DNA of 64,000 nucleotides from IMG/VR virus record IMGVR_UViG_3300031867_005677, positions 1 to 64,000 of that record. One strand, written 5' to 3'. Below, one piece after another: positions 29,687-39,412 of this stretch. The notes under the pieces are model-generated. The model saw only the letters and a list, made by a program, of their open reading frames with translations, did no database searches and was not told the origin of the DNA. The stretch comes from a virus. Lineage: Duplodnaviria > Caudoviricetes. The position numbers were made by a program, and so were the translations under genes. Every line of letters begins with the position of its first letter. Position 1 is the stretch's first letter.

Positions 29687-30094
29687 TTACTGAGCCTTCT
29701 TTTTATTATATGATTTTTTATATTGTGTTGGTTTAATATTTAACCCATATTTCATTAAAAACTCATTTGATGAATTTGAACATTTAATAGGGCCAAATCT
29801 ATAAAGATTATAAAATATCTTATCTAATTTTTTCTTATATTCTATTCTTTGACGAGGTGTCCATTGATATTTTTCAAACCAATTATCAGTTTTACTTAAT
29901 TTAATAATTTCTTTATCAGATATATCATTCTTAATATATCTAAACATTCCAATTATTAATGAATAAATTAAAGATTTAGAAACAATATCAATTTCTTCAT
30001 CATCAAAATCTTTGGTCATTAAATCTTGTAAATTATAAGTCTTGGGATCTTTCATATTAATTAAGTTTACTATATTGTTCAGAAATACGTTCAA
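29687..30094 (-). CDS. hypothetical protein
   Basis: Intact ORF; start probably at the internal MKDP. Confidence 0.6.
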   Translation of the reverse strand: MNVFLNNIVNLINMKDPKTYNLQDLMTKDFDDEEIDIVSKSLIYSLIIGMFRYIKNDISDKEIIKLSKTDNWFEKYQWTPRQRIEYKKKLDKIFYNLYRFGPIKCSNSSNEFLMKYGLNIKPTQYKKSYNKKKAQ

Positions 30095-30308
30095 GAAATT
30101 TATTACAATTTTCTATTAATAATTGCGCTTCATCCCTAATTTTAATTACATCATTAAAATCTTGTTCATAACATAAAGTATTGAAATAATCATTAGTATT
30201 TATTCTTTCTTCAATTCGATATTTTATTAAATGTCTAAAATGCATTAAATTACTTAATGATTTATCAAATATTTTTTTAAGCCATTTATCTACACAATTA
30301 CCTTCCAT
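30057..30308 (-). CDS. hypothetical protein
   Basis: Intact ORF. Confidence 0.6.
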   Translation of the reverse strand: MEGNCVDKWLKKIFDKSLSNLMHFRHLIKYRIEERINTNDYFNTLCYEQDFNDVIKIRDEAQLLIENCNKFLERISEQYSKLN

Positions 30309-30637
30309 TATTTCATATATAAAACTTCCTTACCATAAGTTTCAGCTGTAAATTTTTCAACCTTACAACCTTTTGAATTTTCCCATCCAGGACACATTAG
30401 AATTGCATCACATAATATTACTTGCTCAATATCTCTACCCATATAATATGCAGTACGTTCAATTGCTAAATGATTACCTAATGCTTCTTCATCAATTTGA
30501 TTTGCATCTATTGGTGAAACATAATCATAATTATGATAATTTATTTGCAAATAAGTTTTAGCACATTCATTACGTTTATATACTGTATCTTCTTGAAATG
30601 CTATTGGTAATGATATATAAATCTTCTTTTTATTCAT
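30308..30637 (-). CDS. DUF4406 / nucleoside 2-deoxyribosyltransferase-like protein
   Basis: IYISLPI, YMGRDI...CDAILMCPGWENSKGCKVE. Confidence 0.8.
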   Translation of the reverse strand: MNKKKIYISLPIAFQEDTVYKRNECAKTYLQINYHNYDYVSPIDANQIDEEALGNHLAIERTAYYMGRDIEQVILCDAILMCPGWENSKGCKVEKFTAETYGKEVLYMK

Positions 30638-30858
30638 AGTTGACTATAACTTGATACTATTTTTTCAGGAATGTGTTTAAATAAACATTCTTCTTTCTTT
30701 GGACCCCATTCTTCTACCATTATATCATATGAAACATCAGAAGGATCTTCAAATGTCCCATAAGCATCTACAATATAAACTTTACCATGAAATAACCCTT
30801 CATTATCCAACATAAATTGGACCGAATCTCCAATTTTAAATTTTGGTTTACCTCTCAT
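30634..30858 (-). CDS. small SH3/KOW-like protein
   Basis: PKFKIGDSV.F...GKVYIVDAYGTFE...SYDIMV. Confidence 0.55.
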   Translation of the reverse strand: MRGKPKFKIGDSVQFMLDNEGLFHGKVYIVDAYGTFEDPSDVSYDIMVEEWGPKKEECLFKHIPEKIVSSYSQL

Positions 30859-30863
30859 AATTA

Positions 30864-31091
30864 TTAAAATGAAAATATTGTTGAACCTAATTTTATTTTT
30901 TGTACTTCTTTATTAATAACTTCATTATCATAAATAATTTCAGTTACTAATTCACCATCTACTAAAGAATGTGGCAAAGTAATAGTTGTCTTAATTTTTA
31001 AATTTTCTTTTATTTCCTTTTTTATTATATTTAGAATATATTGATTAATTTTAGGAGAAATTTCTCCATCATTATTTACAAAACTTAACAC
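30864..31091 (-). CDS. hypothetical protein
   Basis: GTG start, intact ORF. Confidence 0.5.
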   Translation of the reverse strand: MLSFVNNDGEISPKINQYILNIIKKEIKENLKIKTTITLPHSLVDGELVTEIIYDNEVINKEVQKIKLGSTIFSF

Positions 31092-31187
31092 ACTATTATA
31101 ACAAATATTTTTATTAAAATAGTTAAATTATAAAAATTTATTTATGCCTATTTAAGTTTGTTAACATTTCTATATAATTTTTATTAT

Positions 31188-31454
31188 CTAATTAGTAATA
31201 GGAGCCCAATCATATTCATTAAGGAAAAAATTAATTAAATCTTTATGTTTTCTATTAAGGATCCAATTATCTTCTTTCCAATTTATTTTAAATCTATCCT
31301 CATTAAAAAAGTATGTCCCAGTTAATTTACATACTTTTTTCTTATGGGCATTAATTCGATAAAGAGAACAACATAAATTATCCTCTTTATCAAATTTTGT
31401 CGGCTGAAAAATATATTTACCTGACCTAATTGAATTTGTCTTACTTCTTATCAT
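31188..31454 (-). CDS. hypothetical protein (ends in a rare TAG)
   Basis: Intact ORF. Confidence 0.55.
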   Translation of the reverse strand: MIRSKTNSIRSGKYIFQPTKFDKEDNLCCSLYRINAHKKKVCKLTGTYFFNEDRFKINWKEDNWILNRKHKDLINFFLNEYDWAPITN

Positions 31455-31776
31455 AATCAGACATTTTAATAGTATATGTAGAATTCATATAAGGATTAAG
31501 CATAGGACCAAAACACCAAATGTTATCTTTATAACCGACATAAAAAGTATTTCCGTTCTCATTATCAGTTACCTTAAATGCAATCTTGTTATCCATAAGA
31601 TGCTTACCAGTAATCTTACGAGCTACATCAAGTACTGCTTCAAAAAATTCCTTTATTGAAGGATCTCCATGAGTTCCATTAAACCCATTAAGTTCATATT
31701 CATCTGTTCTATTGATTACACAACAAGGATATGAAAAAAATTCAAGTACTGTAAAACGATTTGGATCAAACTTCAT
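31441..31776 (-). CDS. hypothetical protein
   Basis: First gene after an early-type promoter. Confidence 0.7.
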   Translation of the reverse strand: MKFDPNRFTVLEFFSYPCCVINRTDEYELNGFNGTHGDPSIKEFFEAVLDVARKITGKHLMDNKIAFKVTDNENGNTFYVGYKDNIWCFGPMLNPYMNSTYTIKMSDYDKK

Positions 31777-31803
31777 ATTTTTTCTATTTTTAATTACATA
31801 AAT

Positions 31804-31831
31804 AATATAGTAAATTTAATATAAAATTCAA
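31804..31831 (-). promoter_or_regulatory. putative early promoter
   Basis: TTGAAT-N15-CTATATTATTTATGTA. Confidence 0.7.
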
Positions 31832-31873
31832 TTTATTATAGATAATTCTAATTTATTTATTATGATAAAATAA

Positions 31874-32869
31874 TTAAAATTTACCCCACGGTGAACAAGC
31901 AGTAATCACTTCCATGGTTAATTTCTTTTTGTATACCTTTTCATATTTTGGTGCATAATATTCCATAATATATTTTAAGTCCTTTTCACGTGCTTGTTGC
32001 ATTGCTTCTTTATTATTTGAATATATGCGATGAGTATAAGCATCATTATACAAATAATGTTTCAATTTCTTAATAACATTATCAAAGCTTTGAGTATTAA
32101 TAGCATTCTTATTCATACTACTTAAACAATAATCCGAATGGCTATCCCAATATGATTTCCCATCTGCATTACCTTTTCTTATAGTTTCAGATTTACTTTC
32201 AACTTTAACAACATTATTTGTGTTTCTATCAACATAGATATACTTTATAACTTTATCTAATTTTGATGCTGAATTACCCCATTGTGCACCCCATTCATGA
32301 TAATGATAAAAATACCCAGATATAATTATGTATCCTTTATCTTTTTGAAAATCAAATTTAATTGTATCTTTACTTGCAACTGGAATAAATTCTTCTAATG
32401 AATTATCTTCTTTTAATACATAATAACAATCAAATTCTGTATCTTCAATAATGTCTGCAATTGTATTACATATTTCTTTACATTTATCTGATAATTCATT
32501 TTTTACTTTATTATATTCTTCAATTGTTAATGGTGGATTATAATCTTCCAAGTTCCGATTCTTATAACGATATGTATTTGTTTCTTCATCAAATACATGA
32601 GATATCTTCTTATTATATCCTTTATCCATCAATTGGTGTTCAACAAAATTATTTGTCCAAATAAAATCAGAACTAAATTCAGTATGATTACCTAAATATG
32701 ATGGTCTTAAATTTCGTAATTGACTTGAGGTAAATAATTTTGAATTTACAAATGAAGCAAAGAAATCATTTACTTCCTTTAACATTTCTTGAGCTTTAAA
32801 ATACTGTTCAATAAAGAAATCGGCATTTTTAAAGTTATCATAATTTGTTACAACTAATTTTTTATTCAT
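31874..32869 (-). CDS. TNYDNFK-family paralog 1
   Basis: Starts MNKKLVVTNYDNFKNADFFIEQY. Confidence 0.7.
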   Translation of the reverse strand: MNKKLVVTNYDNFKNADFFIEQYFKAQEMLKEVNDFFASFVNSKLFTSSQLRNLRPSYLGNHTEFSSDFIWTNNFVEHQLMDKGYNKKISHVFDEETNTYRYKNRNLEDYNPPLTIEEYNKVKNELSDKCKEICNTIADIIEDTEFDCYYVLKEDNSLEEFIPVASKDTIKFDFQKDKGYIIISGYFYHYHEWGAQWGNSASKLDKVIKYIYVDRNTNNVVKVESKSETIRKGNADGKSYWDSHSDYCLSSMNKNAINTQSFDNVIKKLKHYLYNDAYTHRIYSNNKEAMQQAREKDLKYIMEYYAPKYEKVYKKKLTMEVITACSPWGKF

Positions 32870-33950
32870 CTAAAATATATTTATGTGTATTACTTCTGTA
32901 CCATATAACTAATGGATATCTATTTTCAGGAATTTTACTCATTTTCTCATAGTCTTCATGACAGTCTGCTATATCTTTACAAGATTCTTTAATCGCATTC
33001 TCTCGTAAGTTTAATAAATAATTATATTTTAACAAATGTTCTTTTGTTAATTCAATTCCGAACATTTTCTTAAATATATCTTTATTATGATCTATGATAT
33101 CGTCATATATTGAATCTAATTCATCTTGGTCTTTTGCTAAATATGTTAACGTTCCACATGAACAAGATCCAGCAGTAAAATATTCTTTACGAATATATCC
33201 TTTATAATAGTTAGCATATTTATCTTCAATATATTCCTTTATTCGTGTATAAGGATTAATATAATTAAATGTATCTAAAGTATGATAATCATCCAATTCA
33301 ACCCATGCATGAAAATGACATTCATGATGACCTAAATGTTTACCTATTTTTTTAGTTGATACATGTTTCTCTGATGTTTTTACATCTAATACATTATTGT
33401 TTGATGGATCAATAATAATAGTCTTAATAACCTTTGTAACACTCTCTTCTGCTTGAGAAAACGAACCATTAGATTGAAACCCATAAAAATAATACCCAGT
33501 AATAGATATAGACTTTTTGTCAAATGATATTTTTATTGTATCTTTTGCTGCGACTGGAATAAATTCATGAAGTAAATTATCCGAATCTAAAACATAATAA
33601 CATGCCCATTCATTTCTTAATCGTATAGATATTTCATATAATATTTTATTTAAATTATTCATATCTATTGATTTAAGTTTTTTATAAGTATGCCTATTAT
33701 ATGAATCTATATATAAATCATGACGTGTTATTTCTTTGAACCAGCTATGAGATCCAAAATTATAATCATCAAATATTACATATTTTGGTTTTAATTTATA
33801 TACTTCTTCTGAAGATATTAATTTTGACATATAAAAGGATTGAAAGAACTCCTTGATATTCTTCATCCTTTCCTCAGCTTCAAAATATTGTTCAATAAAA
33901 AATTGAGCATCTTTGAAGTTATCATAATTTGTAATTGTTAGTTCATTCAT
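32862..33950 (-). CDS. TNYDNFK-family paralog 2
   Basis: Starts MNELTITNYDNFKDAQFFIEQY. Confidence 0.7.
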   Translation of the reverse strand: MNELTITNYDNFKDAQFFIEQYFEAEERMKNIKEFFQSFYMSKLISSEEVYKLKPKYVIFDDYNFGSHSWFKEITRHDLYIDSYNRHTYKKLKSIDMNNLNKILYEISIRLRNEWACYYVLDSDNLLHEFIPVAAKDTIKISFDKKSISITGYYFYGFQSNGSFSQAEESVTKVIKTIIIDPSNNNVLDVKTSEKHVSTKKIGKHLGHHECHFHAWVELDDYHTLDTFNYINPYTRIKEYIEDKYANYYKGYIRKEYFTAGSCSCGTLTYLAKDQDELDSIYDDIIDHNKDIFKKMFGIELTKEHLLKYNYLLNLRENAIKESCKDIADCHEDYEKMSKIPENRYPLVIWYRSNTHKYILDE

Positions 33951-33952
33951 AA

Positions 33953-34912
33953 TTAATCATCATCATAAGGGTGCCAACCATTGTGTACATCTAATTCAAT
34001 TTCCCAATCTTTAATCAAGTAATTTTTATTCTCTACAAAATTACCAGTATTGACATCAAACCAAAACTCATTATATCTTCTTCCTTTATATTCAAAAGTT
34101 TTCCATCTATCTTTACGAGTTCCACCATCATATGTTTCTGTATATACAATTAAATACTTATTATCAGGAGAAATCTTAAATAGATAGTTGTTTAATGTTT
34201 CGTCATTTCCGAAATATTCAAAATTACCCGTTATTGGGTTGATTATATAATATCCAGGATTTTCATATTTTCGAATATAATAAGCCAGTTTTGATTTATA
34301 GTTAGATTGTGACTTATAATTTTCTTCATTAGCTAAATAATCTAATTCATTATAAAGTTTATATCGTTCTTCCTGCTCACTTTTTTGTTTAAGTAGGTTT
34401 TTTAATTCTTCTTCAGTTTTACTATTAAAATAACCTCGTTTTATTGTACCATTACATTTAGAAATCTTTTCTTCAATAGATGAATTATATTTAGAAACAT
34501 AGCTTAAATCATATAGACTAATATAATATGGTCTATCAATATCATATTCAACATCATAAAATTTTTCTTTTTGATTCTTATCACATGCCCAATGACATTT
34601 ATGTTCCTTTTCAACCTTAATCACAGTAAACCAATATCCATCTTTATCTTGAAGATGGGCACCTTTTACATAGTTATCATATTTAGGATCATTACTTGTA
34701 ATTAGATGATGTTCTTTTTTATTTTTAAATCTTTCTACAATAACTTTGCCTTGAAATTTGTCAATATCATAATTATATACCAACTTAGACTTCAGGAATG
34801 ATAGATAGAAGTTATTTACTTCCTCCATTATTTCTGAAGCCTTTTTATGTTGGTTTATAAAATATGACAAATCTTTAAAGTTATCATAGTTAGTAATAAC
34901 TAGATCTGTCAT
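33953..34912 (-). CDS. TNYDNFK-family paralog 3 (start revised to ATG at 34912)
   Basis: Starts MTDLVITNYDNFKDLSYFINQH. The track start at 34993 overlaps the upstream gene. Confidence 0.7.
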   Translation of the reverse strand: MTDLVITNYDNFKDLSYFINQHKKASEIMEEVNNFYLSFLKSKLVYNYDIDKFQGKVIVERFKNKKEHHLITSNDPKYDNYVKGAHLQDKDGYWFTVIKVEKEHKCHWACDKNQKEKFYDVEYDIDRPYYISLYDLSYVSKYNSSIEEKISKCNGTIKRGYFNSKTEEELKNLLKQKSEQEERYKLYNELDYLANEENYKSQSNYKSKLAYYIRKYENPGYYIINPITGNFEYFGNDETLNNYLFKISPDNKYLIVYTETYDGGTRKDRWKTFEYKGRRYNEFWFDVNTGNFVENKNYLIKDWEIELDVHNGWHPYDDD

Positions 34913-34922
34913 ATTTATATAA

Positions 34923-35345
34923 TTATCCAAGCAAATCAGCAACCTTCTGCATATCCAAAGCAAACTTGTCGTCCTCAGAAAGGTTATTCTCAATAATTGT
35001 CTTAGCCTTCTTCAAATTAGCAATCTTAGCAATATTATCTAACTCAGCCTTACGAGTCTTAACATCCTCAATCCATTCACTTACCTTGTAACCACCCAAA
35101 GTAGGATCCACAACAGTATCAGTTACACCAAGCAACTTCTCTGCTTCACTAGTATTAGACTTCTGCCCAAGCAAATAAGTTGCAACTTCAACCAATTCTT
35201 TAAGAGTCTTTACTTTACTAATAATTGACCAACCTTGCAAATAACGTTCACCAGTTACATAATTGAACTTCTTATTAACACACTCATCAATCTGCTCATT
35301 GATCTTGTTCAAACTCTCTACCAAATTCTTCTTTGTAATGTTCAT
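34923..35345 (-). CDS. hypothetical coiled-coil protein, probably highly expressed
   Basis: Lys codons strongly biased to AAG, as in dnaK; one of few genes with an SD-like TAAGGT upstream. Confidence 0.7.
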   Translation of the reverse strand: MNITKKNLVESLNKINEQIDECVNKKFNYVTGERYLQGWSIISKVKTLKELVEVATYLLGQKSNTSEAEKLLGVTDTVVDPTLGGYKVSEWIEDVKTRKAELDNIAKIANLKKAKTIIENNLSEDDKFALDMQKVADLLG

Positions 35346-35378
35346 AATTTTACCTTATTTAAATGTTAAACTTATTAA

Positions 35379-35996
35379 TTATTCTTCTATTTTATTCCAA
35401 TCTCCACCACATTCACACCATTTCTTAGCTATTTCTTGTGCATAAGATTTATCATAAAATTTGTAATTACCCCATTTATCACCAATATCGATATTTCCAA
35501 TCTTTACATACCAATGTCTTCCTTCTGGCCATTGGATAAATCTTACTTCATCATAATTATATTCAAATGGATAAATAAGTTCTTCCACCCATTTTTCCTC
35601 ATCATAATTAGGATGTTCCTTAAATGGGCTATAAGCAAGACTATTTAAAAGATAAATAGGTTTACCAGAAAGAAATCTATCAATTCGATCTCTATATGTT
35701 CTATCTTCAAGTGAACATGCCGCTTCAACCCAACTCTGATCTTTCATTTTCATCTCAATTTCAACAACATTACGCCAATGAGATGAAGAATGATTTATAC
35801 TATCAAGATAAGGTTTTCCATCAACAGAACTTTTGCGAATTCTTGTATTATCCCTAAAATCTTCAAATCCTTCTTTTATCTCACGACCACAAATTTTATT
35901 GAAATGGTCAATTACATCCTGTAAACATTCGGGTTTGAGATACCAAGTTTTGTTGAATTTTACGAAGTGATACATATTATTTCTTTTTAGGTACAA
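35379..35996 (-). CDS. hypothetical protein
   Basis: Intact ORF; start probably at MYHF. Confidence 0.7.
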   Translation of the reverse strand: MYLKRNNMYHFVKFNKTWYLKPECLQDVIDHFNKICGREIKEGFEDFRDNTRIRKSSVDGKPYLDSINHSSSHWRNVVEIEMKMKDQSWVEAACSLEDRTYRDRIDRFLSGKPIYLLNSLAYSPFKEHPNYDEEKWVEELIYPFEYNYDEVRFIQWPEGRHWYVKIGNIDIGDKWGNYKFYDKSYAQEIAKKWCECGGDWNKIEE

Positions 35997-36303
35997 TTTT
36001 AAATGTATGTGGGCCTTGATTAATCTCTACATTAAGAATATCAAACATCTCAACAGGGAATTGATAACGATAAACTATATAATGCTTATTATGACGATGC
36101 TTACCACGTTTAAATACCTCAATATTATATCCAAATACATATTTCTCTTTACCATGTCTTAGTCCATCAACCCAAGCAGTTCCAAATCTACTTGAACAAC
36201 AAAGGCACATTCCTCGATAAGAAGATCTAAATCTCTCCTTAGCATCTCTTGTTGTGCCGTAACCAGTAAGAATAGTAGGCTTAATTCCAATAGTAAATTT
36301 CAT
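35977..36303 (-). CDS. hypothetical basic protein
   Basis: Intact ORF; CTATATT element upstream at about 36332. Confidence 0.65.
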   Translation of the reverse strand: MKFTIGIKPTILTGYGTTRDAKERFRSSYRGMCLCCSSRFGTAWVDGLRHGKEKYVFGYNIEVFKRGKHRHNKHYIVYRYQFPVEMFDILNVEINQGPHTFKIVPKKK

Positions 36304-36342
36304 ATCTTTATTATTTAATTATTACAAATATAATATAGTATT

Positions 36343-36603
36343 TTACTTACACCAAATGGTCATCTTATTCTCAAGATAATCAATAAATATTGATTTAACA
36401 CATAAATAAACATCTAAATGAGTATTCTTATCTCTAACTCGAATACAATCTCCTTTTCGTGGAATCCATGTAGAAAATTTCTCAAGCATATCATCATCCA
36501 TATAGGTATGATAAGATGCAATATACTTCAAACGAGTTGCAAACCAATTATCCTTAATGATTTCTACTTCCTTAAACTTCATATTAATTCTGTTTATTTT
36601 CAA
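36343..36603 (-). CDS. hypothetical protein
   Basis: Intact ORF; start probably at MKFKEV. Confidence 0.6.
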   Translation of the reverse strand: MKINRINMKFKEVEIIKDNWFATRLKYIASYHTYMDDDMLEKFSTWIPRKGDCIRVRDKNTHLDVYLCVKSIFIDYLENKMTIWCK

Positions 36604-36988
36604 AATACTTATTAATATTCTTTATATAATTAGCATCATCATCAATTTCTTTATCACCAATATATATATCAACCATATTGAAACCAAATATACTTAATTC
36701 ATTACGAAGATCAACATATATATCTTGTAACAATCTAAATGTTTGATAATAGATTTCATCAATAGTTATATATCTAACATTATAACGAACAGCATGTTCA
36801 ATTATATTTTCAATTGTTAATTTCATTTGTCCATCAATATTTTTAATAGAATCATCTTTAGGACAAATTTTAATCGTCAATGGAATATAAACCGTAAGTG
36901 ATTGGTCATCCAAACATGTATAAGTTTTTTCGAATTTAAAAATTTTTTTCATATATTTAATTAATTGACAATTATAATATAGAATCAA
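36584..36988 (-). CDS. hypothetical protein
   Basis: Start probably at MKKIFK, downstream of the early promoter. Confidence 0.6.
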   Translation of the reverse strand: MILYYNCQLIKYMKKIFKFEKTYTCLDDQSLTVYIPLTIKICPKDDSIKNIDGQMKLTIENIIEHAVRYNVRYITIDEIYYQTFRLLQDIYVDLRNELSIFGFNMVDIYIGDKEIDDDANYIKNINKYFENKQN

Positions 36989-37003
36989 TTATATAAATTT
37001 CAA
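36976..37003 (-). promoter_or_regulatory. putative early promoter
   Basis: TTGAAA-N15-CTATATT. Confidence 0.65.
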
Positions 37004-37101
37004 TATTTAAATGTTAATTATTGATAAAATGCTTGTTAATATAAAGATGTGGCTAATACCATTTATCATTAATTTTCAAATCCTTTGGAAGAAGTTCAAT
37101 T

Positions 37102-37230
37102 TTATTCATATGCGACATAAATTTCTTTTATATGTTTTAAATCAATTATATCTACTTTATTATAATATAATTGGAGTTGTTCTTTATAATTTTTTGCAAA
37201 TTCAATATTTGGACATTTTCTATATTTCAT
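37102..37230 (-). CDS. small hypothetical protein (42 aa)
   Basis: MKYRKCPNIEFAKNYKEQ...; TAATTATG junction. Confidence 0.45.
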   Translation of the reverse strand: MKYRKCPNIEFAKNYKEQLQLYYNKVDIIDLKHIKEIYVAYE

Positions 37231-37232
37231 AA

Positions 37233-37550
37233 TTAATCATTATAAGGAAATTTGATTTTATATTTAATATATTTTTCTCTTTCAATTTTTATCTTATTCC
37301 ACTCAGCTTCTCTATATTTTATTACATCCCCAATTGTTTCAAGTTTACTAAGACCATCCCAATAATCTACTGGATAAAAATAAGGATTCCATTTATCATC
37401 ACAAGCATGTTCAAGTTGTTGCCATGAGTTATGAAATAATCTATTCCACCACGATAGTTGTTTTGGTTGAATTCTCCAGTAATAACTTCTAAGCTTACTA
37501 GTCTCTTGATTCCAAAACAATTCAATTTTCAAATTTTCATCATATTTCAT
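37233..37550 (-). CDS. hypothetical protein
   Basis: Intact, Trp-rich ORF. Confidence 0.65.
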   Translation of the reverse strand: MKYDENLKIELFWNQETSKLRSYYWRIQPKQLSWWNRLFHNSWQQLEHACDDKWNPYFYPVDYWDGLSKLETIGDVIKYREAEWNKIKIEREKYIKYKIKFPYND

Positions 37551-37552
37551 AA

Positions 37553-38122
37553 TTAATCCAATCTTGAAATTATTTCCATCTCAATTCCTTTTGACTTTGC
37601 AAACTCACGAACGGTATGATAATAGGACAGCTGCATATTCTGGTCCTGAGTCCAAATTGCCTCAAGTGGACAACCAATATTCTTATAATAATTACGCTCT
37701 TTAATAGTAAACTTCTTTAAGAACATTTTCTCAATTTCTCTCGAACGAAATTTTGATTGAGCTTTATCAATTTCCTCAGCTCGTTTATTATTTTTTCGAT
37801 ATTTAAAATATGTAAATCCACAACCAAAACCAATCATTGCAAAACGTTTTTTCTTATCAGCAGGAACATGATCATCATCTTCAACAACCGATTTTAATGA
37901 AAGCGACTTAACAGCTCCAGCAAACATCTCATCAAAATGTTCCTTCAGATAATCAAGAAGTTCAGCAGAAAGACTCTTGTTTGACTTCTTCTTATAATCA
38001 GGATTTCCAAGCTCCTGAATTAGCTTAGCTGCTTCTTCTTTTGAAAGAATCTCATTACGATAATCTTTCTTGGTGATGCAATAAAGAGCCCATCTTTGTC
38101 TTGGTGTTGCCGAATTTTCCAT
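37553..38122 (-). CDS. hypothetical early protein
   Basis: Starts MENSATPRQRWAL; directly after an early promoter. Confidence 0.7.
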   Translation of the reverse strand: MENSATPRQRWALYCITKKDYRNEILSKEEAAKLIQELGNPDYKKKSNKSLSAELLDYLKEHFDEMFAGAVKSLSLKSVVEDDDHVPADKKKRFAMIGFGCGFTYFKYRKNNKRAEEIDKAQSKFRSREIEKMFLKKFTIKERNYYKNIGCPLEAIWTQDQNMQLSYYHTVREFAKSKGIEMEIISRLD

Positions 38123-38149
38123 TTAATAACTTATTTAAATTACATAAAT

Positions 38150-38177
38150 AATATAGACAATTGATAAAAAAATTCAA
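38150..38177 (-). promoter_or_regulatory. putative early promoter
   Basis: TTGAAT-N15-CTATATTATTTATGTA. Confidence 0.7.
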
Positions 38178-38188
38178 TTTAAATAAAT

Positions 38189-38217
38189 AAAAAATGGGAA
38201 TTCTTAAAAATTCCCAT
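38189..38217 (-). terminator. intrinsic terminator
   Basis: ATGGGAATT-loop-AATTCCCAT with U tract on the minus strand. Confidence 0.7.
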
Positions 38218-38222
38218 ATCTA

Positions 38223-39002
38223 TTATGCTTCATTTTTTATTTGTTTATCTTTAAAGAAATCTAAAACATAATCACATAAATTATTTATATCTTCTTTATT
38301 AAATCTTAAAATATCATCATTATTTAATTGATCTTCATATGATTTAATTATTTCATTTTTATTAATAATATCTAATTCTATTTCTTTATATTTAGTAAGT
38401 AATGAATCATAATCAGCTTGAGCTGCAAATTTTTCATTTTCACAATCATCATAAAGATGATTTAATTTTTTTATTTTTGCTTCTAATTCTTCAACTTGCC
38501 CTAATAATTCAGCTTCCTTTTCTTTAGATGCCTGATCTTTTGATTCAATTTTATGGTTTAGATTTTCAATTTCTTTATCTCTATCAATACAAGTATTTTC
38601 TACTTCTTTTAATCTTTTTTCTAATTCTGGAACTTTTTTATTAATTACTTCAGTTTCAAATTTTTCTTGTTCCTTATATTGTGTTTCTAATTTACGATAT
38701 TTTTCAATCCATTCATCACGGGCAACAGTTACCTTTTTAACTTCTTCATTAGATTGGTTAAATTGTGCTAGTAATGTTTCAACTTTTTCACTTAAAGTTT
38801 CCTTTTCAGTAACTAATTTATTCCATTTTTCTGTATCAATTACTTCTTCTTGTGGAGTTCTACTAATTTGATCTTTTAATTCTTCATTCTCTTTTGTCAA
38901 TGTTTCTATTTGAGCTTTTTGCTCTCTAAAAAATTTCGCTGCATTATTAAGTCTTTCATTTAATTTTGCATTATCCTGTTTTAATTGTTCAATGTTATCC
39001 AT
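38223..39002 (-). CDS. long coiled-coil protein
   Basis: Heptad E/K/L pattern over about 230 aa. Confidence 0.75.
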   Translation of the reverse strand: MDNIEQLKQDNAKLNERLNNAAKFFREQKAQIETLTKENEELKDQISRTPQEEVIDTEKWNKLVTEKETLSEKVETLLAQFNQSNEEVKKVTVARDEWIEKYRKLETQYKEQEKFETEVINKKVPELEKRLKEVENTCIDRDKEIENLNHKIESKDQASKEKEAELLGQVEELEAKIKKLNHLYDDCENEKFAAQADYDSLLTKYKEIELDIINKNEIIKSYEDQLNNDDILRFNKEDINNLCDYVLDFFKDKQIKNEA

Positions 39003-39037
39003 ATATATGTAATATATAATTTTATTTAAAATAGAAA

Positions 39038-39063
39038 AAGGAACTGAACTAATTCAATTCCTT
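39038..39063 (-). terminator. terminator hairpin overlapping a TTGAAT element
   Basis: AAGGAACTGAA-CTAA-TTCAATTCCTT. Confidence 0.55.
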
Positions 39064-39412
39064 ATAGATATACATATTTGTTTTTATTACATTTTTGTTC
39101 TTGTTTTAAATTTAAAACTCTTTTATATTCATCATAATTAACTAATTTCCAATCTTCTTGCCCTTCATAATAATTTACCCAATCCAAACATTCTTTTAAA
39201 AATCTTTGTAATTCATATTCATTATGTGGTGAAATTGATGTAAGTTTATATGATGTTGAAAATGTTTTATAATTTACCGCATATACTTGTTCCCATTGAT
39301 ATGAATCACCAAATAACCACGAATTGTTTTTTCTTTTTATTTCTGGGTGATACCAATATTTTCCATCTACATTATAAGATGATTTGCATAAACGAATATG
39401 TTCTTTATCCAT
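39062..39412 (-). CDS. hypothetical protein
   Basis: Intact ORF. Confidence 0.65.
   Translation of the reverse strand: MDKEHIRLCKSSYNVDGKYWYHPEIKRKNNSWLFGDSYQWEQVYAVNYKTFSTSYKLTSISPHNEYELQRFLKECLDWVNYYEGQEDWKLVNYDEYKRVLNLKQEQKCNKNKYVYL

Noticed and set aside
34913-34993. N-terminal extension MRITFLRTT... of the third TNYDNFK paralog
   Set aside because: It overlaps the upstream gene in another frame; paralog alignment places the start at ATG 34912.
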